A stretch of DNA of 64,000 bases from Octopus sinensis (GCF_006345805.1 NC_043013.1:37696001-37760000), one strand, 5' to 3'; positions 24,471 to 39,043 are shown, counted from the stretch's first letter. A program made the numbers and translations. The notes: generated by a model from the letters alone, not told the origin.

Positions 24471-26914
24471 CTCCCAGACAACAATACACCACAATCCACG
24501 TAGGCAGAGTTAGATGTGAAAAATGCAAAGAATGCAAAAATCACATTTCCACTCCATATATATATATATATATGCAGTTGAGGAAGGTGTCTGTAGGTTT
24601 ACATACATACACGCATACACAAACGCACACATATATACGTACATACATACATGCATACATGCATACATACATGCATACATACATGCATGCATACATACAT
24701 ACATGTAGCCATACATTTGTAAACAAAATTTTAGAAGCCAAATAGCGTGTAGGGAATAGATTATAAAACCGATTACAAGTTCGTTAGGATTACAGATGTT
24801 ATTAATAGATATACTTATTCGATGTATGTACAAGAATCCGGGGAAATCCGGGGAATTTTTTTCATATCATATACTGGAAAAAAGGGAGATTTTTTTTTTT
24901 TTGTTACATTCATTGTTAACAGTATCTGAAATCGTAACGGTTTCATGCACTTTTATAGCGAAATTTCGTTTGCTAGAGAAACATATATTTGCACATATGT
25001 ATTGTTAATATATAATATTTACACACATCGTTTGACAACCGATTTAGGTGTGTTCACGTCCCCGTAATGTAACGGTTTCCCAAAAGTAACCGACAGAACA
25101 AATACTAGGCTTACAAAGAATAAATCCTGGAGTCGATTTCTTCGACTAAAACGTCTTTAAGGCGATGCTCGCTCCAGCATGGCTGCTGTCAAATAAGTGA
25201 AAGAATTGTTTTTTAAATAAGAGAATGTATTCATTTATAATGTAAGCTTAGAACACAATGCTAGACCTGTATCGTCAGTATTGAATGACCTCAATCTTGA
25301 TGGCAGTGAGCTCACTTTACAGCATTTCGTCCGTCTTTTTGCTTTGAGTTCAAATTCTGCTGAGGTCGATTTTGCCTTTCATCCCTTCGGAGACGATACA
25401 ATACGTACCAGTTGAGTGCTGGGGTCGTTGTAATCGACTTATCAGCTCCCCGAAATTGCTGGCTTTGTGCCAGAACTTGAAAGCAATGTTGAATATACCC
25501 AATATAAAAGATATGTCCTTCATATATTTGCGGGGAGGGGTAGATGGTTTCGGATTTAGGTACAATGCAAGTTATTTTGTGGGATGGAGCTTAGTCGAAT
25601 CTGTTGACTCTAATATTAGACTGGAGTCGATAATAGTAAAGATCAGTACTGACCAGTAATTTATTTTATGGATCTCAATAGGAGGAAAGATAAAGGCTAC
25701 ATGCGTGGGATTTACATTGAGAAAGTAAAGCTCTCAAAGAATTACCGCAAAGCAGTTTTTCCGGAGCTCTAACATTCTGCCAGCTCAGCACAGCGTATAT
25801 TGTTACGAACTTTGGCAAAGGACCAATGACCAACAATGTGATAGGGAGAAAAACTGATTATATCAACCCGAGTGTTGACTGATACTTTGTATTATCCATT
25901 CCGAAAGGATTAAAGGCAGAAATTACTTGGTGGTGGGTACCAAGTTATATGATAATCGTAGTATGTATTTGAGATTTCACTGACATCATTGTGAAATTGA
26001 TAATTATTGAACTAATAAAGAACAGATATATTGAACTACTGACGTACAGCATTATTGGAAAATTGAATCTAATTAGAATGTAAAAATAGATATTTTTTGA
26101 GAATTTTCAAAATTTATAATGTACGCATAGAAAGCAATGGTAGATCTATATCGTCAATATTGAATGGCGTCAATCTTGACGGCAGTGAACTCGCTTTGTA
26201 GCGTTTTGTCCGATCTTTACTCTTTCAGTTCAAATTCCTTTCATCCCTTCGGGGTCGATACAGTAGGTACCAGATGAATGCTGGGGTCGATGTAATCAGT
26301 CTATCACCTCCCCGAAATTGCTGGCTTTGAACCAGAATTTGAAACCAATATTGAATAAACTGAAATTCTTTTGTGAGGTAGATGAAAAAAGTGTGTAATA
26401 CGCCATTACACATATCGGCTGCTGAAACTTAAAAGTTAAAAACAAAAAAAAACAATAAATTGGAAGGATAGAACTCCAATCCAAGGATTAAAAGTTTGGG
26501 AAGATTTCCAAAGTAGAGCATGAAAACGAATATAGTCTTAAACTTATCCAATGAAAGTAACAGGCATTTTTGGAGTTATTTGATCTGTTAGTCGATGTGT
26601 AGAAATGAGGGGAATATAGAGGGGGGATATAATTAATGAATTCGGTATATCGAAGTTTTCTGTTACACAGCAGGAAATAGCAAAATCTTATACGTATCAT
26701 ATTATTTAGTATGAAGATTGTTCCCTTGCGCTAGTTTCTCTCAGACACATGCATGATATAGCTAGAGACATTGGCGTATATATATGTAATTGTTTTCTTG
26801 CTCCTAATAAATATGCTTCCACGTAGAGGAAATATAATTTCTAAGTGCACGGAAAATCGCAAAACGGATGGAATAGTTACGTAATTCACATCTTTTAAAT
26901 TTTATCTTTTACTT

Positions 26915-27325
26915 ATTTTAGTCATTAGACTTCAGCCATGCTAGGGCACCGCCTTGAAGAATTTTTCGTCCAATGGATCGACCCCAGTACTGTTTTTAAG
27001 CCCGGTACTAATTCTATCTTGTAGCGAACTTCTAGATTACGGTGACGTAAGCACACCAACAGATAGATTGTCAAGCGGCGGAGGGAGACAAGCACAGACA
27101 CAAAGACAGATACACACGCCTATATATACACATACACGCATGCACGCATGCACACACACATACATGACAGGATTCTTTCAGTTTCCGTCAACCTAATATA
27201 CTCACAAGGTTTTGGTTGGCCCAAGGATATAGCAGAAGTCAGCTGTTCAAGATTCCCCGCAATGGGAGTGAACACGGAACCATGCGGTTGGGAAGCAAGC
27301 TTCTTACTACAGAGCCACGCCTGCG
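26915..27325 (-). mobile_element. SINE family B
   Basis: Reverse-strand match from cagccatgctagggcaccgcc to cacagagccacgcctgcgc. Confidence 0.82.
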
Positions 27326-27469
27326 CTATGATGAGAATATTTTGTTCAATTCAACGGCGTCCAAACTTAGAAAGTTCCGCCCTTGTTTCTTGCCTTTCCA
27401 AACAATGTCACAGACGGCGGTTCATTTGGAATTTCGTCAGATGAGTGGTACTGGTAGTGTCACCCTATA

Positions 27470-27700
27470 GGCGGCGAGCTGGCAGAAACGTTAGCACGCC
27501 GGGCGAAATGCTTAGCGGTATTTCGTCTGCCGTTACGTTGTGAGTTCAAATTCCGCCGAGGTCGACTTTGCCTTTCATCCTTTCGGGGTCGATAAATTAA
27601 GTACCAGTTACGCAATGGAGTCGATGTAATCGACTTAATATCTATGTCTGTCCTTGTTTGTCCCCTCTGTGTTTAGCCCCTTGTGGGTGATAAAGAAATA
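27470..27700 (+). mobile_element. SINE family A, young full-length copy, 16-bp TSD
   Basis: TSD ggtagtgtcaccctat at 27453-27468 and 27701-27716. Confidence 0.95.
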
Positions 27701-27799
27701 GGTAGTGTCACCCTATTTTCAATTAACAATTGATATACACTTACAGAACTATTAGAATAATCAGTTAACTTAATCTATAATTCAATAATTAAGAATTCC

Positions 27800-28016
27800 A
27801 AGGCGGTGACATGTCAGAACAGTTAGCACGCCGGGCAAAATGCTAAGCGGCATTTCGTTAGTCTTTATGTTCTCAGTTCAAATTCCACCGAGATCGACTT
27901 TGCATTTCGTACTTTAGTGGGTCGATAAATTAAGTACCTGTTGCGTACTGGGATCGATCTAATCGACTGACCCTTCTCCAAAAATTTCGGACGTTGTGCC
28001 TTGAGTAGAAAAGAAT
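27800..28016 (+). mobile_element. SINE family A (A2 tail)
   Basis: Head, B-box, central domain and ..ttgtgccttgagtagaaaagaat tail. Confidence 0.8.
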
Positions 28017-28264
28017 ATGTGCAGTGGAAAAATTCGTAAACATTTAGTACCTACTTTGATAGTTCAGCAAAGTGATATTTTGAGGGTTAATGTGCATTTA
28101 CAGAATGGCAGAACAATCAAAATATATTCGTTAGAAATAACAACGTAAGGAGTTTGAGAAAATTACGGAAAATATGTTTTGTAGATATATTTTATCGAGA
28201 CGGAACTGAAACTGTGATAAACATTTATGAAACAATTCATCTGTTGCGCATGTATGTGGGAATG

Positions 28265-28297
28265 CATACGTATACAAACATATATATATATATACAT

Positions 28298-28363
<66 letters not shown>

Positions 28364-28433
28364 ATATATATATATATATATATAGATATATATATATATA
28401 TAATATATATATATATATAATATATATATATAT

Positions 28434-28465
<32 letters not shown>

Positions 28466-28557
28466 ATATCAGAGAAGTCATGAATAATGGGTTTTACATA
28501 TTTCTATATTTCTGCAATTATATACATAAATATATGTATGTGTGCGTGTTTGTGTAA

Positions 28558-28602
<45 letters not shown>

Positions 28603-28649
28603 TATAGATATATAGATATATAGATATATACATACATACATACATAAAT

Positions 28650-28697
<48 letters not shown>

Positions 28698-28730
28698 ACA
28701 TATACATATATATACACACACACACATAGA
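28265..28730. repeat. (TA)n/(CA)n microsatellites
   Basis: Visible arrays. Confidence 0.95.
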
Positions 28731-29159
28731 GAGAGAGAGAGGAAATGTGTTATGTATGTACATACATAAAGTAATCACTGATACATTCGCTTGTACGAAC
28801 AAACAGTTTCACGCATAGGGATACATATGTGGCGCTATATTGTCTTACTGTATTTTCATTTTTCCATCTTGCTTCGCTTCATATTATATATACATCAGAT
28901 AAATTTCGTGGAAATGAGGTCATAGCATTTAATCTCAGTAAACACCTGTCGTATCTCTCCAAATCATACGAGACTGAGGCTGAGACGATCACGCTTTGGC
29001 AAATAGGCATAGCAAACAGCGTCATATGTATTTCCTTAAGTAGTGTTTAATTGCATGAAATAGTTTTTGTTTTTCCATAGTATTACAACGAAGAAGAGAG
29101 AAAGAAGAAAATAATAAAAAAAAGTGATTATCGTATCTGTGGTTCAGTTTCCACCCTTA

Positions 29160-29182
29160 ACCTCTCTCTTTCTTTCTCTTTC

Positions 29183-29213
<31 letters not shown>

Positions 29214-29490
29214 CGCTCGCTCGTTCTCTCTCTTTCTCTTCCTCTTCTTCTTTCTCATTCACATCTACGCATAATCACTCTCTCTCTCTCTCCTCTCTCA
29301 CACACTCATTTTCTCGTTTTCATTCTTTTTCCAGTCTCTCTCTCTCTCTCTCTCGCTCGTTCTCTCTCTTTCTCCCTCTCTTCTACTTTCTCATTCACAT
29401 CCACGCATAATCACTCACTCTCTCTTTCTCTCACACACTCATTTTCTCGTTTTCATTCTTTTCCCAAGTCTCTCTCGCTCTCTCTCTCTC
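29160..29490. repeat. (CT)n tract with a tandem duplication of about 135 bp
   Basis: tcattcacatc.acgcataatcactc..cacacactcattttctcgttttcattctttt occurs twice. Confidence 0.9.
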
Positions 29491-29719
29491 AGAGGAAAAA
29501 CAAGGAGAAAACATAAGAAAGGCAAGATATAATTGGACAGAGTTCAGGGAAATGATGATGATGATGAGAAGAAGGAGGATGGTGGTGGTGGTGGTGTTGG
29601 TAGTCGTTGCAGTGGTGATGGCTATGAAGATGATTAATATTTTGATGATGGAAACAAGAAAAAGAACAGCAACAACAACAACGATAATAACAATAAGAAT
29701 AATCCTCTCTACTATAGGC

Positions 29720-30328
29720 ACAAGGCTTGGAATTTCAGGAACGGATCCTAGTCAATTACATCGAGCCTGGTGTCTCACTGGGAGTTGATTTATCGACCAC
29801 GAAAAAGGATAAGAGGCAAAGCTGACCTCGGCGGAATTCGAAATCAGAAAGCAGCGACTGGCGAAATACTGCTATGCAATTCGTCCATCATGCTTAACAA
29901 TTCAGCCACCTCACCACCTTAAATATTAATGATTTCAAATTTTGACACAAGACCAGCAATATCACGTATGGGATAAGTCGATCCACTGTCTGGTACGTTG
30001 GGCAAGTGTCTTCCTATATAACCTCGGGCCGAGCAAATACTTGTGAGTGGATTTCGGGGAGGGAAACTGAAAGAAGACCGTCGTATATATATGTGGGGAG
30101 GGGCTTGTGTGTGTGCGTGTGTGTCTGTGTTTGTCCTCCTCCATCGCTTGACAAGTGATGTGGGTGTGCTTACGTCCCCACTTACTTAGCGTTTCGGTAA
30201 AAGAAATCGATTGAATAAGTACTGGGCTTACAAAGAATAAGTCCTGGGGTCGATTTCTTCGACTAAAGGCGGTTTTCCAGCAAGGCCGCAGTAAAATAAC
30301 TGCAACAAGTGAAAGAAGAAAAGAGCAA

Positions 30329-30389
<61 letters not shown>

Positions 30390-30635
30390 TAATAATAATA
30401 ATCCTTTTAAATATAGGCACAATGCCTGAAATATTTGTTGGGAAGTGACTATTCGATTACATCTATCCCAGTCTTTCATTGGTGCTTAATTTATTGATCC
30501 GGAGAGGATGTAAGCCAAGTCGACATCGGCGGAATTTGAACTCAGAAGGCGAAGACGGACGAAATGCCACTAAGCATATCAACCGGTGTGCTAATGTTTC
30601 TTGTAGCTCACCAAATATTGCTAATAATAATAATG

Positions 30636-30680
<45 letters not shown>

Positions 30681-31520
30681 TTTTCAAATTTTGCCACAAG
30701 GGAAGCCCTTTTGGAGAAAGGTTAAGTCGACTACATCGACCCCAATGCATATCTGATATTTAAATTACCGATTTTGAAGTCAAGCAAAGTAAATTTGATC
30801 TCCACGAAATTTGAACTGAAAACAAATATCCCAAAAAAAGAAATAACGTTAAGTATTTTGTTCGACGCGCTAATATGCCTGCCATCACGCCGCCGTTTGA
30901 TAAATATTCTTTAAAATCTTTTGCGCAAAGCTAGCAAGAGAGGTGAGGAATATAATATTCATTTTTATTCTAAGCACGAGGCCCGAAATTTTGTGGGAGG
31001 GGGCTAGTCGATTAGATTGATCCAAGTACACAACTGGTACTTAATTTATCGACACCCAAATGATTAAAGGCAAAGTAGACCTCGGTGGATTTTGAACTCG
31101 GAAGGTAAAGACAGACAAAATAGATAGGAAAATAATATTCTTTTCTATTCAAGGTACAAAACCCAAAATTTGTGGGTATGGATCCAGTCGCTTAGATCGA
31201 CCACTGTATGCAACTGGTACTTAACATATCGACCTGAAAGGATAAAAGGCAAAGTCGATCTCGGTGAAATTTGAACTCGGAACGTACAGACAGACGAAAT
31301 ACCGCTAAGTATTTCGCCTGGCGTGCTACCGTTTCTACCTGCTCGCCGCCTTTATAACTTTTTTCTACTTTAGGCACAAGGCCCGACATTTTTTTGGTGC
31401 AGCAGTCGATTAGATCGACCGCAGTACGCGACTGGTACTTAATTTATCGACCCGGAAAGGATGATTGGCAAATTCGACCACGGTGGAATTTGAACTCAGA
31501 ACGAAAGACAGAGATGAAAA
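29720..31520. mobile_element. Dense SINE cluster: about six family A copies (-), one family B copy (+, about 29985-30330), with (TAA)n tails
   Basis: Repeated aaggcaaagtcgacctcggcggaatttgaactc-like cores at about 29820, 30520, 30790, 31080, 31255 and 31470. Confidence 0.85.
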
Positions 31521-31774
31521 TAATATTGATAACAAATGCTTCAAATTTTGATGCTTTTGGTAGGAAGGTGGTAAGTTGATTTCATTTAGCTCTATACATA
31601 TCATAATGGATAACAGAGGGATGAAATGAAAAGTTCATTTCGTCGTAATTTATGATCAGTATAACATGAACATAAATCCTGCAACGCACGTTTTCACTGC
31701 TCTAACGATTCAGCCGGTTACAGTAGATAATACCCTCTGCAACGAAACACATCACCTGGAATATTCCTTTAGTC

Positions 31775-32176
31775 TTTTACTTGTTTTAGTCATTTGACTG
31801 CGGCCATGATAGAGCATCGCCTTTACTCGAGCAAATCGATCCCAGGACTTATTCTTTGTAAGCCTAGTACTTACTACTTTTGCCGAACCGCTAAGTTACG
31901 GGGACGTAAACACACCAGCATCGGTTGTCAAGCGATGTTGGAGGGAGAAACACAGACACAGAAACAGATACACACACATACATATATATATATATATAGT
32001 TATACATATATACGACGAGCTTCTTTTGAGTCCTGTCTGCCAAATCCACTCAAAGGCTTTGGTAGACCCGAGGCTATAATGGAAGACACTTGCCCAAGGT
32101 GCCACGCAGTAGGAATGAACCTGGAACCATGTGATTGGTAAGCAAGCTACTTATCACACGGTCACTCCTGCGCCTA
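31775..32176 (-). mobile_element. SINE family B, full length
   Basis: Reverse-strand match, ending at cactcctgcgcc. Confidence 0.87.
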
Positions 32177-32353
32177 TTAGAGGAGTATAGTCGAATACGT
32201 CGACCCCAGTTCTCAAATGGTACTTATTTCATCGACCCCAAAAGGTAAACGGTAAAGTCGAACCCGGCGGAATGTGTCAAAGGAGGAAGATGAAGTCGGT
32301 GCAATCAAAACACGCTTTTAACTGGTATCATAAATATGAACGATAGCTGTAAA

Positions 32354-32570
32354 TACGAGGTGGTGCTGAAAAAGTTCCTGGGTTTAAGGGTATCTCGAAA
32401 GGCCTGGTTTTTGATTCAAACTTCCTAGTTCTTAGAAAAACGGTAAAACCGCTGGAATAAGCGAGTGAATCTGAGAGAGGAATAGCCGTACGTTGAATAA
32501 AATAATTCACTGATCCTGCAGTATTATTTTTTTAAATCCAAAACCACAAACTTTTCAGTAATCCTCCGTA
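32354..32570. mobile_element. Mariner-type MITE
   Basis: Imperfect TIRs tacgaggtggtgctgaaaaagttcctgg and ccacaaacttttcagtaatcctccgta; TA at both ends. Confidence 0.6.
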
Positions 32571-32589
32571 AGACTAACATAAACGCCAT

Positions 32590-32820
32590 CTTCATCCCTC
32601 CTCTTTCTCCTCCTCCTCCTCCTCATCATCATCATCACCATCATTACCATCCTCACCACCACCACCACCACCAGCATTGTCCTCCTACTCCCCCTCCTCC
32701 CCTCCTCCTCATCATCATCATCACCATCATTACCATCCTCACCACCACCACCACCACCAGCACTGTCCTCCTACTCCCCCTCCTCCCCTCATCATCATCA
32801 TCATCATCATCATCATCACT
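32590..32820. repeat. (CCT/CAT/CAC)n tract duplicated in tandem (unit about 100 bp)
   Basis: catcaccatcattaccatcctcaccaccaccaccaccaccagca..gtcctcctactccccc occurs twice. Confidence 0.9.
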
Positions 32821-33348
32821 TACTTGAATAAAGAAGAACAAACATAGAGGGGCTCTAGGACCCCTTGAATCGATAAAAAAAATCACTCTTTTTGCCATAG
32901 CAACCACATCTTTATAGCTTGCGAATTTTAACGATCGCGGGTCTCATCCTCACCACGCATTTAGTATCCCTGCCAATTTTCAGCTCGATCCTAGTCTCAG
33001 TTTGACCGCCGTTCACCGCCAAAGCAAAACGTGTATACAATTTTCGTCCAAGGACTGTTTTATATATTTACGACAAGCTTCTTTCATTTTCTGTCTACGT
33101 AATCCACTCACAAGTCTTCTGTCGACCCGAGGCTATAGCAGTAGTTATTTGCCCAAGTGACATGCAGTGGTACTGACCTCTGGACTATGAGGCTGGGAAG
33201 TAAGATTCTTACCACACAGCCACGCCTGCGCCTATATATGTGAGGTATGTGAGTGTGTGTGCGTTCGTGTACGCGCACGGGTGTGTGGAGTTATATTTAT
33301 ATTTATAATATATAACATATATATATATATATATATAATATATATATA

Positions 33349-33672
33349 TGGCTCAGTGTAGAGCGTCGAGCTTACGATCGTGAGGTTTGTGAGCTCGAAT
33401 CCCGGACCGGGCTGCGTGTTGTGTTCTTGAGGCAAAGCACTTTATTTCACGTTGCTCCAGTTCACTCAGCTGTAGAAATTGAGTTGCGACGTCACTGGTG
33501 CCAAGCTGTATCGGCCTTTGTCTTTCCCTTGGATGACATCAGTGGCATGGGAGAGGGGAGGCTGGTATGCATGGGCGACTGCTGGTCTTCCATAAACAAC
33601 CTTGCCCGGACTTGTGTCTAGGAGGGTAACTTTCTAGGTGCATCCCATGGTCATTCATGACCGAAGGGGGTC
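33349..33672 (+). mobile_element. tRNA-derived SINE family C (CORE-like); partial copies at about 40620-40790 and 48930-49200
   Basis: tggctcagtgtagagcg A-box, gagctcgaatcccgg B-box, then gtgttcttgaggcaaagcactttatttcacgttgctccagttcactcagctgtag. Confidence 0.82.
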
Positions 33673-33676
33673 AATG

Positions 33677-33677
<1 letters not shown>

Positions 33678-33746
<69 letters not shown>

Positions 33747-33818
33747 GTATGTATATACATATATATATATATATATATAATATATATATATTACATATAT
33801 ATTATATATATATATATG

Positions 33819-33861
<43 letters not shown>

Positions 33862-33920
33862 TATACACATATATATATGCATATATATATACATATTATA
33901 TATATATATATGTGTGTGTT
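33678..33920. repeat. (TA)n array
   Basis: Visible array. Confidence 0.97.
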
Positions 33921-34473
33921 TGTATAACGTACATTTTTACGTAAAGGCTTATATTTGGCTGCAAGCCATAAGCCGTTACTCTTCAGTTTCCTCAGATATG
34001 CGCTTCGTCAGATGGCCGCGATATGGCAGACTAACAGGCAATAATTATACTGATGTGCGTATGCATGAGATCATGTGCATTTGCGTACGTGTACAGATAT
34101 TTTCGTAAACATGAAGCATCCCGTTTTCTTCGTTTGCTCTTATTCACTTAATTTGCAATTTATTCGAAACAAAGAACTGTTACAGGTATTATAAATGTAT
34201 TAACTTTCTATTATTTCTCTCTGGCTGCGTCTCGATCAGGTTGGACGTGTAAGTTGCATATTAATCTAAATTTCATTTCATGTCATTCTCTAATTGCGTT
34301 TCATATACAAACAGCAGCAGTATTTGAATGTGCCTGTGTGTGTGTGTGTTTGTGTTTCGGCGTGTGCGTACGTGTGTACACGTACATATGTGTTTTGCGT
34401 GTGTATTGCATTTCTTAATGTCCTGTATCAATCTCTCTATTTATCTTCATACCTATCTCAGTTTGTCTAAAGT

Positions 34474-34554
<81 letters not shown>

Positions 34555-34660
34555 GGTGTGTGTGTGTGTGGTGTGCGTATATATAATATATATATATGCA
34601 TATCTATCTAGCTATCTATCTACCTGTATATATATATGTATATATATATATATATATATA

Positions 34661-34805
34661 CCGGAGTAAACACATAAATGTGACACAAGGTGGAAAAAAG
34701 AGTACTCAAATACCAGTGGTAGAGTAATATGCTTTATTTAAACCACAGAAAATTCAACAAAACCTGTTATAGGTTTTATTGAATTTTCTGCTGCTTTAAA
34801 TAAAG
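34661..34805. mobile_element. Fold-back element fragment with a terminal palindrome (34-35 bp arms), inserted in (TA)n
   Basis: 34732-34765 is nearly the reverse complement of 34771-34805, with a 5-nt centre. Confidence 0.6.
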
Positions 34806-35679
34806 TATATATATATATATATATAATATATATATATATATATAATATATATGTATAAGTGTGTGTGTTGTTCGTGCGTATATATATATATATATAATAT
34901 ATATATATATGCATATCTATCTAGCTAGCTAGCTACCTGTATATATATATATATATATATTATATATACTCAAATTGGTATAATGTATAGGCACTTGTAT
35001 GTGTATCACCTTCTTCAACAATCTTTCTAATTCTCCCCTTTATATAAATACATGGTGAAACTCGCGGACACATATCTATCTATCCACTTTCTCCGTCTGT
35101 TCGTGTGTGTACATATATATGTGTGTTTGATTATGTGTATGTGTGTGCGTGTGCGCGTGTGTGTGTGTGTATACACACACATACATACACACAAGCACAT
35201 ATATATATATATATAAAACAGAGAAGACAAGCGGACAGACAGACAATCAGAGAGACAGAACGATAGTAGATATGTAGGCAGAAAATGGTCAAGCGTACAT
35301 ACATGCTTCAAATATGTATCCTTACGCACGTACGTACTATTTTTAGTTGCCTAGGTGGTATCACTAATGCCTTTTATTTTTATACCATTTTTTCTTTTGT
35401 ATGTGTTTTATTGAATTGTATCGCTTGTTTTTCTTTGTCTTCTTTTCTTTTCATTTAGGTTATTTCTTTCTGGCATAGTCACAGTTAATCCAGACATCTT
35501 GATCGTTACTCGTTGCATTTCTGGCGAAATTCTTTCTCTTAACGAAACAAAATAAATATATTTATGCATATATACATGTATACATACATCAACATATATA
35601 TGCAATGTATGTGGATTATATATATTATATATATATTATAATATATATATTATATATATTATATATATATTATATATTA

Positions 35680-35700
35680 TAGAGAGAGAGAGAGAGAGAG

Positions 35701-35736
<36 letters not shown>

Positions 35737-35927
35737 TAGACAGAGACAGCGAGAGAAAGAGAGAGATTCATAGGTAGACAAAAACAGACAGACTGACTGA
35801 CAGAGAAACAGATGGACAGACAGACAGATAGACTGAAAGAGAGACAGACAAACAGACAGAGAGATAGATAGATAGATCGATAGATACATGCATACATACA
35901 TACAGATGAACAGAGAGGCGGATAGAT

Positions 35928-35958
<31 letters not shown>

Positions 35959-36442
35959 TAGATAGGCAGATAGATAAATAGATAGACTGATACATATATA
36001 CATACATGCATACATTAGTATAGACACATGTACATATATTATGAATATATATATGAGAACGCTTGTATGTGAGCGCCTGTGTACATCTATCGATTATTCC
36101 GTGCTTGAACAATGCATTTTTTTTGTTTCCTTTTTGACCTTCATCCATTGCCTGTATATTTATATATTACATTTTATCCTTCTTTTCACACATATCACTA
36201 TCATTATCTCCTTCTCTCTTATTTTTTCCTTTTCAAAATTTCTTTTATATACCATTATTTTCCTCTTTTTGCTGAAACACATATCAGTGTCACACATCTT
36301 TCTCACTCCTTATCTCTTCCTTGTGTCCTTTTTCTAGCGATTAAATGTACACATGCATGTATTTACACATGAATACAAACACACACACACACACACACAA
36401 CGCACACACAACACATATATATATACATACATATACATACAC

Positions 36443-36498
<56 letters not shown>

Positions 36499-36638
36499 TA
36501 CGTAGATAGATGCAGATATATGCATATATATTATACATACACACATATATATATGAATATATATAATATTTATATATATTATATATATATATATTATATA
36601 TATGTACGTATTTGCATGTATATGCAGATGCATAAAAT

Positions 36639-36670
<32 letters not shown>

Positions 36671-36819
36671 GTATACATACATACATATACATATAATATA
36701 TATACTTGCATATATGCATATATATATACATGTATTTATGTATGTATAACATACATGTATGTGTATATATATATATAGTATATTTATATTTTAATTTATA
36801 TATGTATTATACATACATG

Positions 36820-36877
<58 letters not shown>

Positions 36878-37002
36878 ATATATATGTATATATGTATATA
36901 TTCATATACATATATGTATATACATACATACATGCATATATATGCATATATATATGTACTTATATGCATGTATATATGCAGACGCATCATCTATACACAC
37001 AC

Positions 37003-37033
<31 letters not shown>

Positions 37034-37065
37034 ACGCACACACACACACACACATATAGATATAT
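35680..37065. repeat. Compound (GA)n/(GACA)n/(GATA)n/(TA)n/(CA)n microsatellite region
   Basis: Visible arrays; source of the spurious YI/SL/VC ORFs. Confidence 0.93.
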
Positions 37066-37779
37066 ATAAATAAATTCTAACATATACACATATACGTACG
37101 TAGAACTGAAGACGATATCTCATCACCTATCAATTTAAGATCAGCTAATTTAGACAACTTGCGACAATATCTCTGTTGCCTGAGGTACTGAGCATCATTG
37201 ATGTCATCACGTGTTCAAGTAGTCCGTGAAAATCCGGTGAAAATTTTATATTCTTTGAATGTTTACTCGAAATAATGAATGCTTTCTGCAAGAATTTGTG
37301 AAGAAGAGCCATGTTTCGTTACAATTATTCTTACCTGTGATCCGCATACCTCAGTAATTAATTCTATATGAGGAAATATTTTACTTGGCTAATGCAATAT
37401 TCAGTATACACTGCTAAGGACGAATTCATTCACAGATAAATGCGATTGCACCAATACCCACATAGACACACACACGAACACACACACACACACACAACAC
37501 ACACACACACACACACACACATACACACGCACACACACACACACAATTCTGGTTTTCTAGGTGTTTGGAGCATGTGCAATGACCCTCTTAACCACTGTTT
37601 TCTCAGTTCTGCTTGGACCCAGATTAACAGCAACTATCAGGATACCTCCTTTGGTTTAATCAGTATATATGATTGCAATCCATCTGAGCACAGGGACTCA
37701 CATATATTTTCAATTTATATCAGGGTTTGTAATAAGACGACAAGATGCGAGCTGCCCTGCTGTTGTCACAGCAACATAA

Positions 37780-38061
37780 TAGGAGGGGCACATTCTGATA
37801 CAAAACCTGTGATTTCACGTGGTCACGGTTCACCTCGCTTCAGCCTGTCACTATGTACAAAACACTGAAATTCAGAGAGTGGCACTACAACGATACAATC
37901 AATTATCACTGTAATCCAATGACGCACAGATGTCTCTTTACAGAGATCCTATAAGTTATTCCTGCTACTAAATATCCCATGGGAATGGAAAGGAGGTGAC
38001 GCGCGCCGATCCAATCGTTTGGAAGTGCACAGTAAGTTACAACGCTCGTCTGTCACCTATG
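37780..38061 (+). other. Ancient coding-derived segment, homologous to 7703-7926 (-); identity unknown
   Basis: Frame KTCDFTWSRFTSLQPVTMYKTLKFREWHYNDTINYHCNPMTH, then after a frameshift PWEWKGGDARRSNRLEVHSKLQ. Confidence 0.6.
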
Positions 38062-38466
38062 ATCTAAATGATGATGGCAACCAACCACAACATGCCAAGT
38101 AAAACTCAGTGTATATAACGAATTATCTTACTTAAAACATGACACCTGACAGGATGCAGCCTACAAATGTGGATGGAACACAAGTAGCTGTACAATATTC
38201 CACTCAAAAGGGATAGATGCCGGATGATTCGAAACAATTGTTGTGTTGAATAAAGATAATTGCTAACTTCATTTCCCGTTTCCCTCATTCATTTTAAACT
38301 CAAAGTACACCGCGGAATTCCTGTCGTAGATCCAGTGACAATTATATTGTAACTGTCAATGACAGTGTAAGTACTTTTATTGGCATAGTGCTACACATAT
38401 ACCTAAAGCCCAAATAATTAGATATACATATGTGGTATACTTATAATATATATATATAATATATAT

Positions 38467-38510
<44 letters not shown>

Positions 38511-38957
38511 ATATTACATAATATACATATATATCTATATACATATGTATATCTATCTATCTATCTGCCTATGTATAAATACAGTGTACATTTAAACACA
38601 TAAGAGGTATCCTTGATAAAATTCCTTTTTCGCTAGAAGGAACAGCTAAAGTCCAAAGATAAAAACTCGAAGGGAATAGAAAATAAAAACATTTATCATA
38701 TATTTCCTGGACCATGGTTTCTGTCTTTTTTTAGCAAATAAAATAATTTGCTAGGTGAAGTCTTCATTCCCTTCGAGTTTTTATCCCTAGCGTGAAAGTA
38801 ATCATATGAAGGATACATTTTATGTGTTTAAATGCACACTGTATTTATATGAATAATATATAGTCTATTGACTAATTTTACTACACACTAGGCCACTGGT
38901 AGTAAAAATTTCTAAAATCTTTATTACCCTGATATTATTATGTATTGATATCTGCAT

Positions 38958-38960
38958 ATG

Positions 38961-39042
<82 letters not shown>
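38958..39042. repeat. (TATC)n array
   Basis: Visible array. Confidence 0.97.
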
Positions 39043-39043
<1 letters not shown>

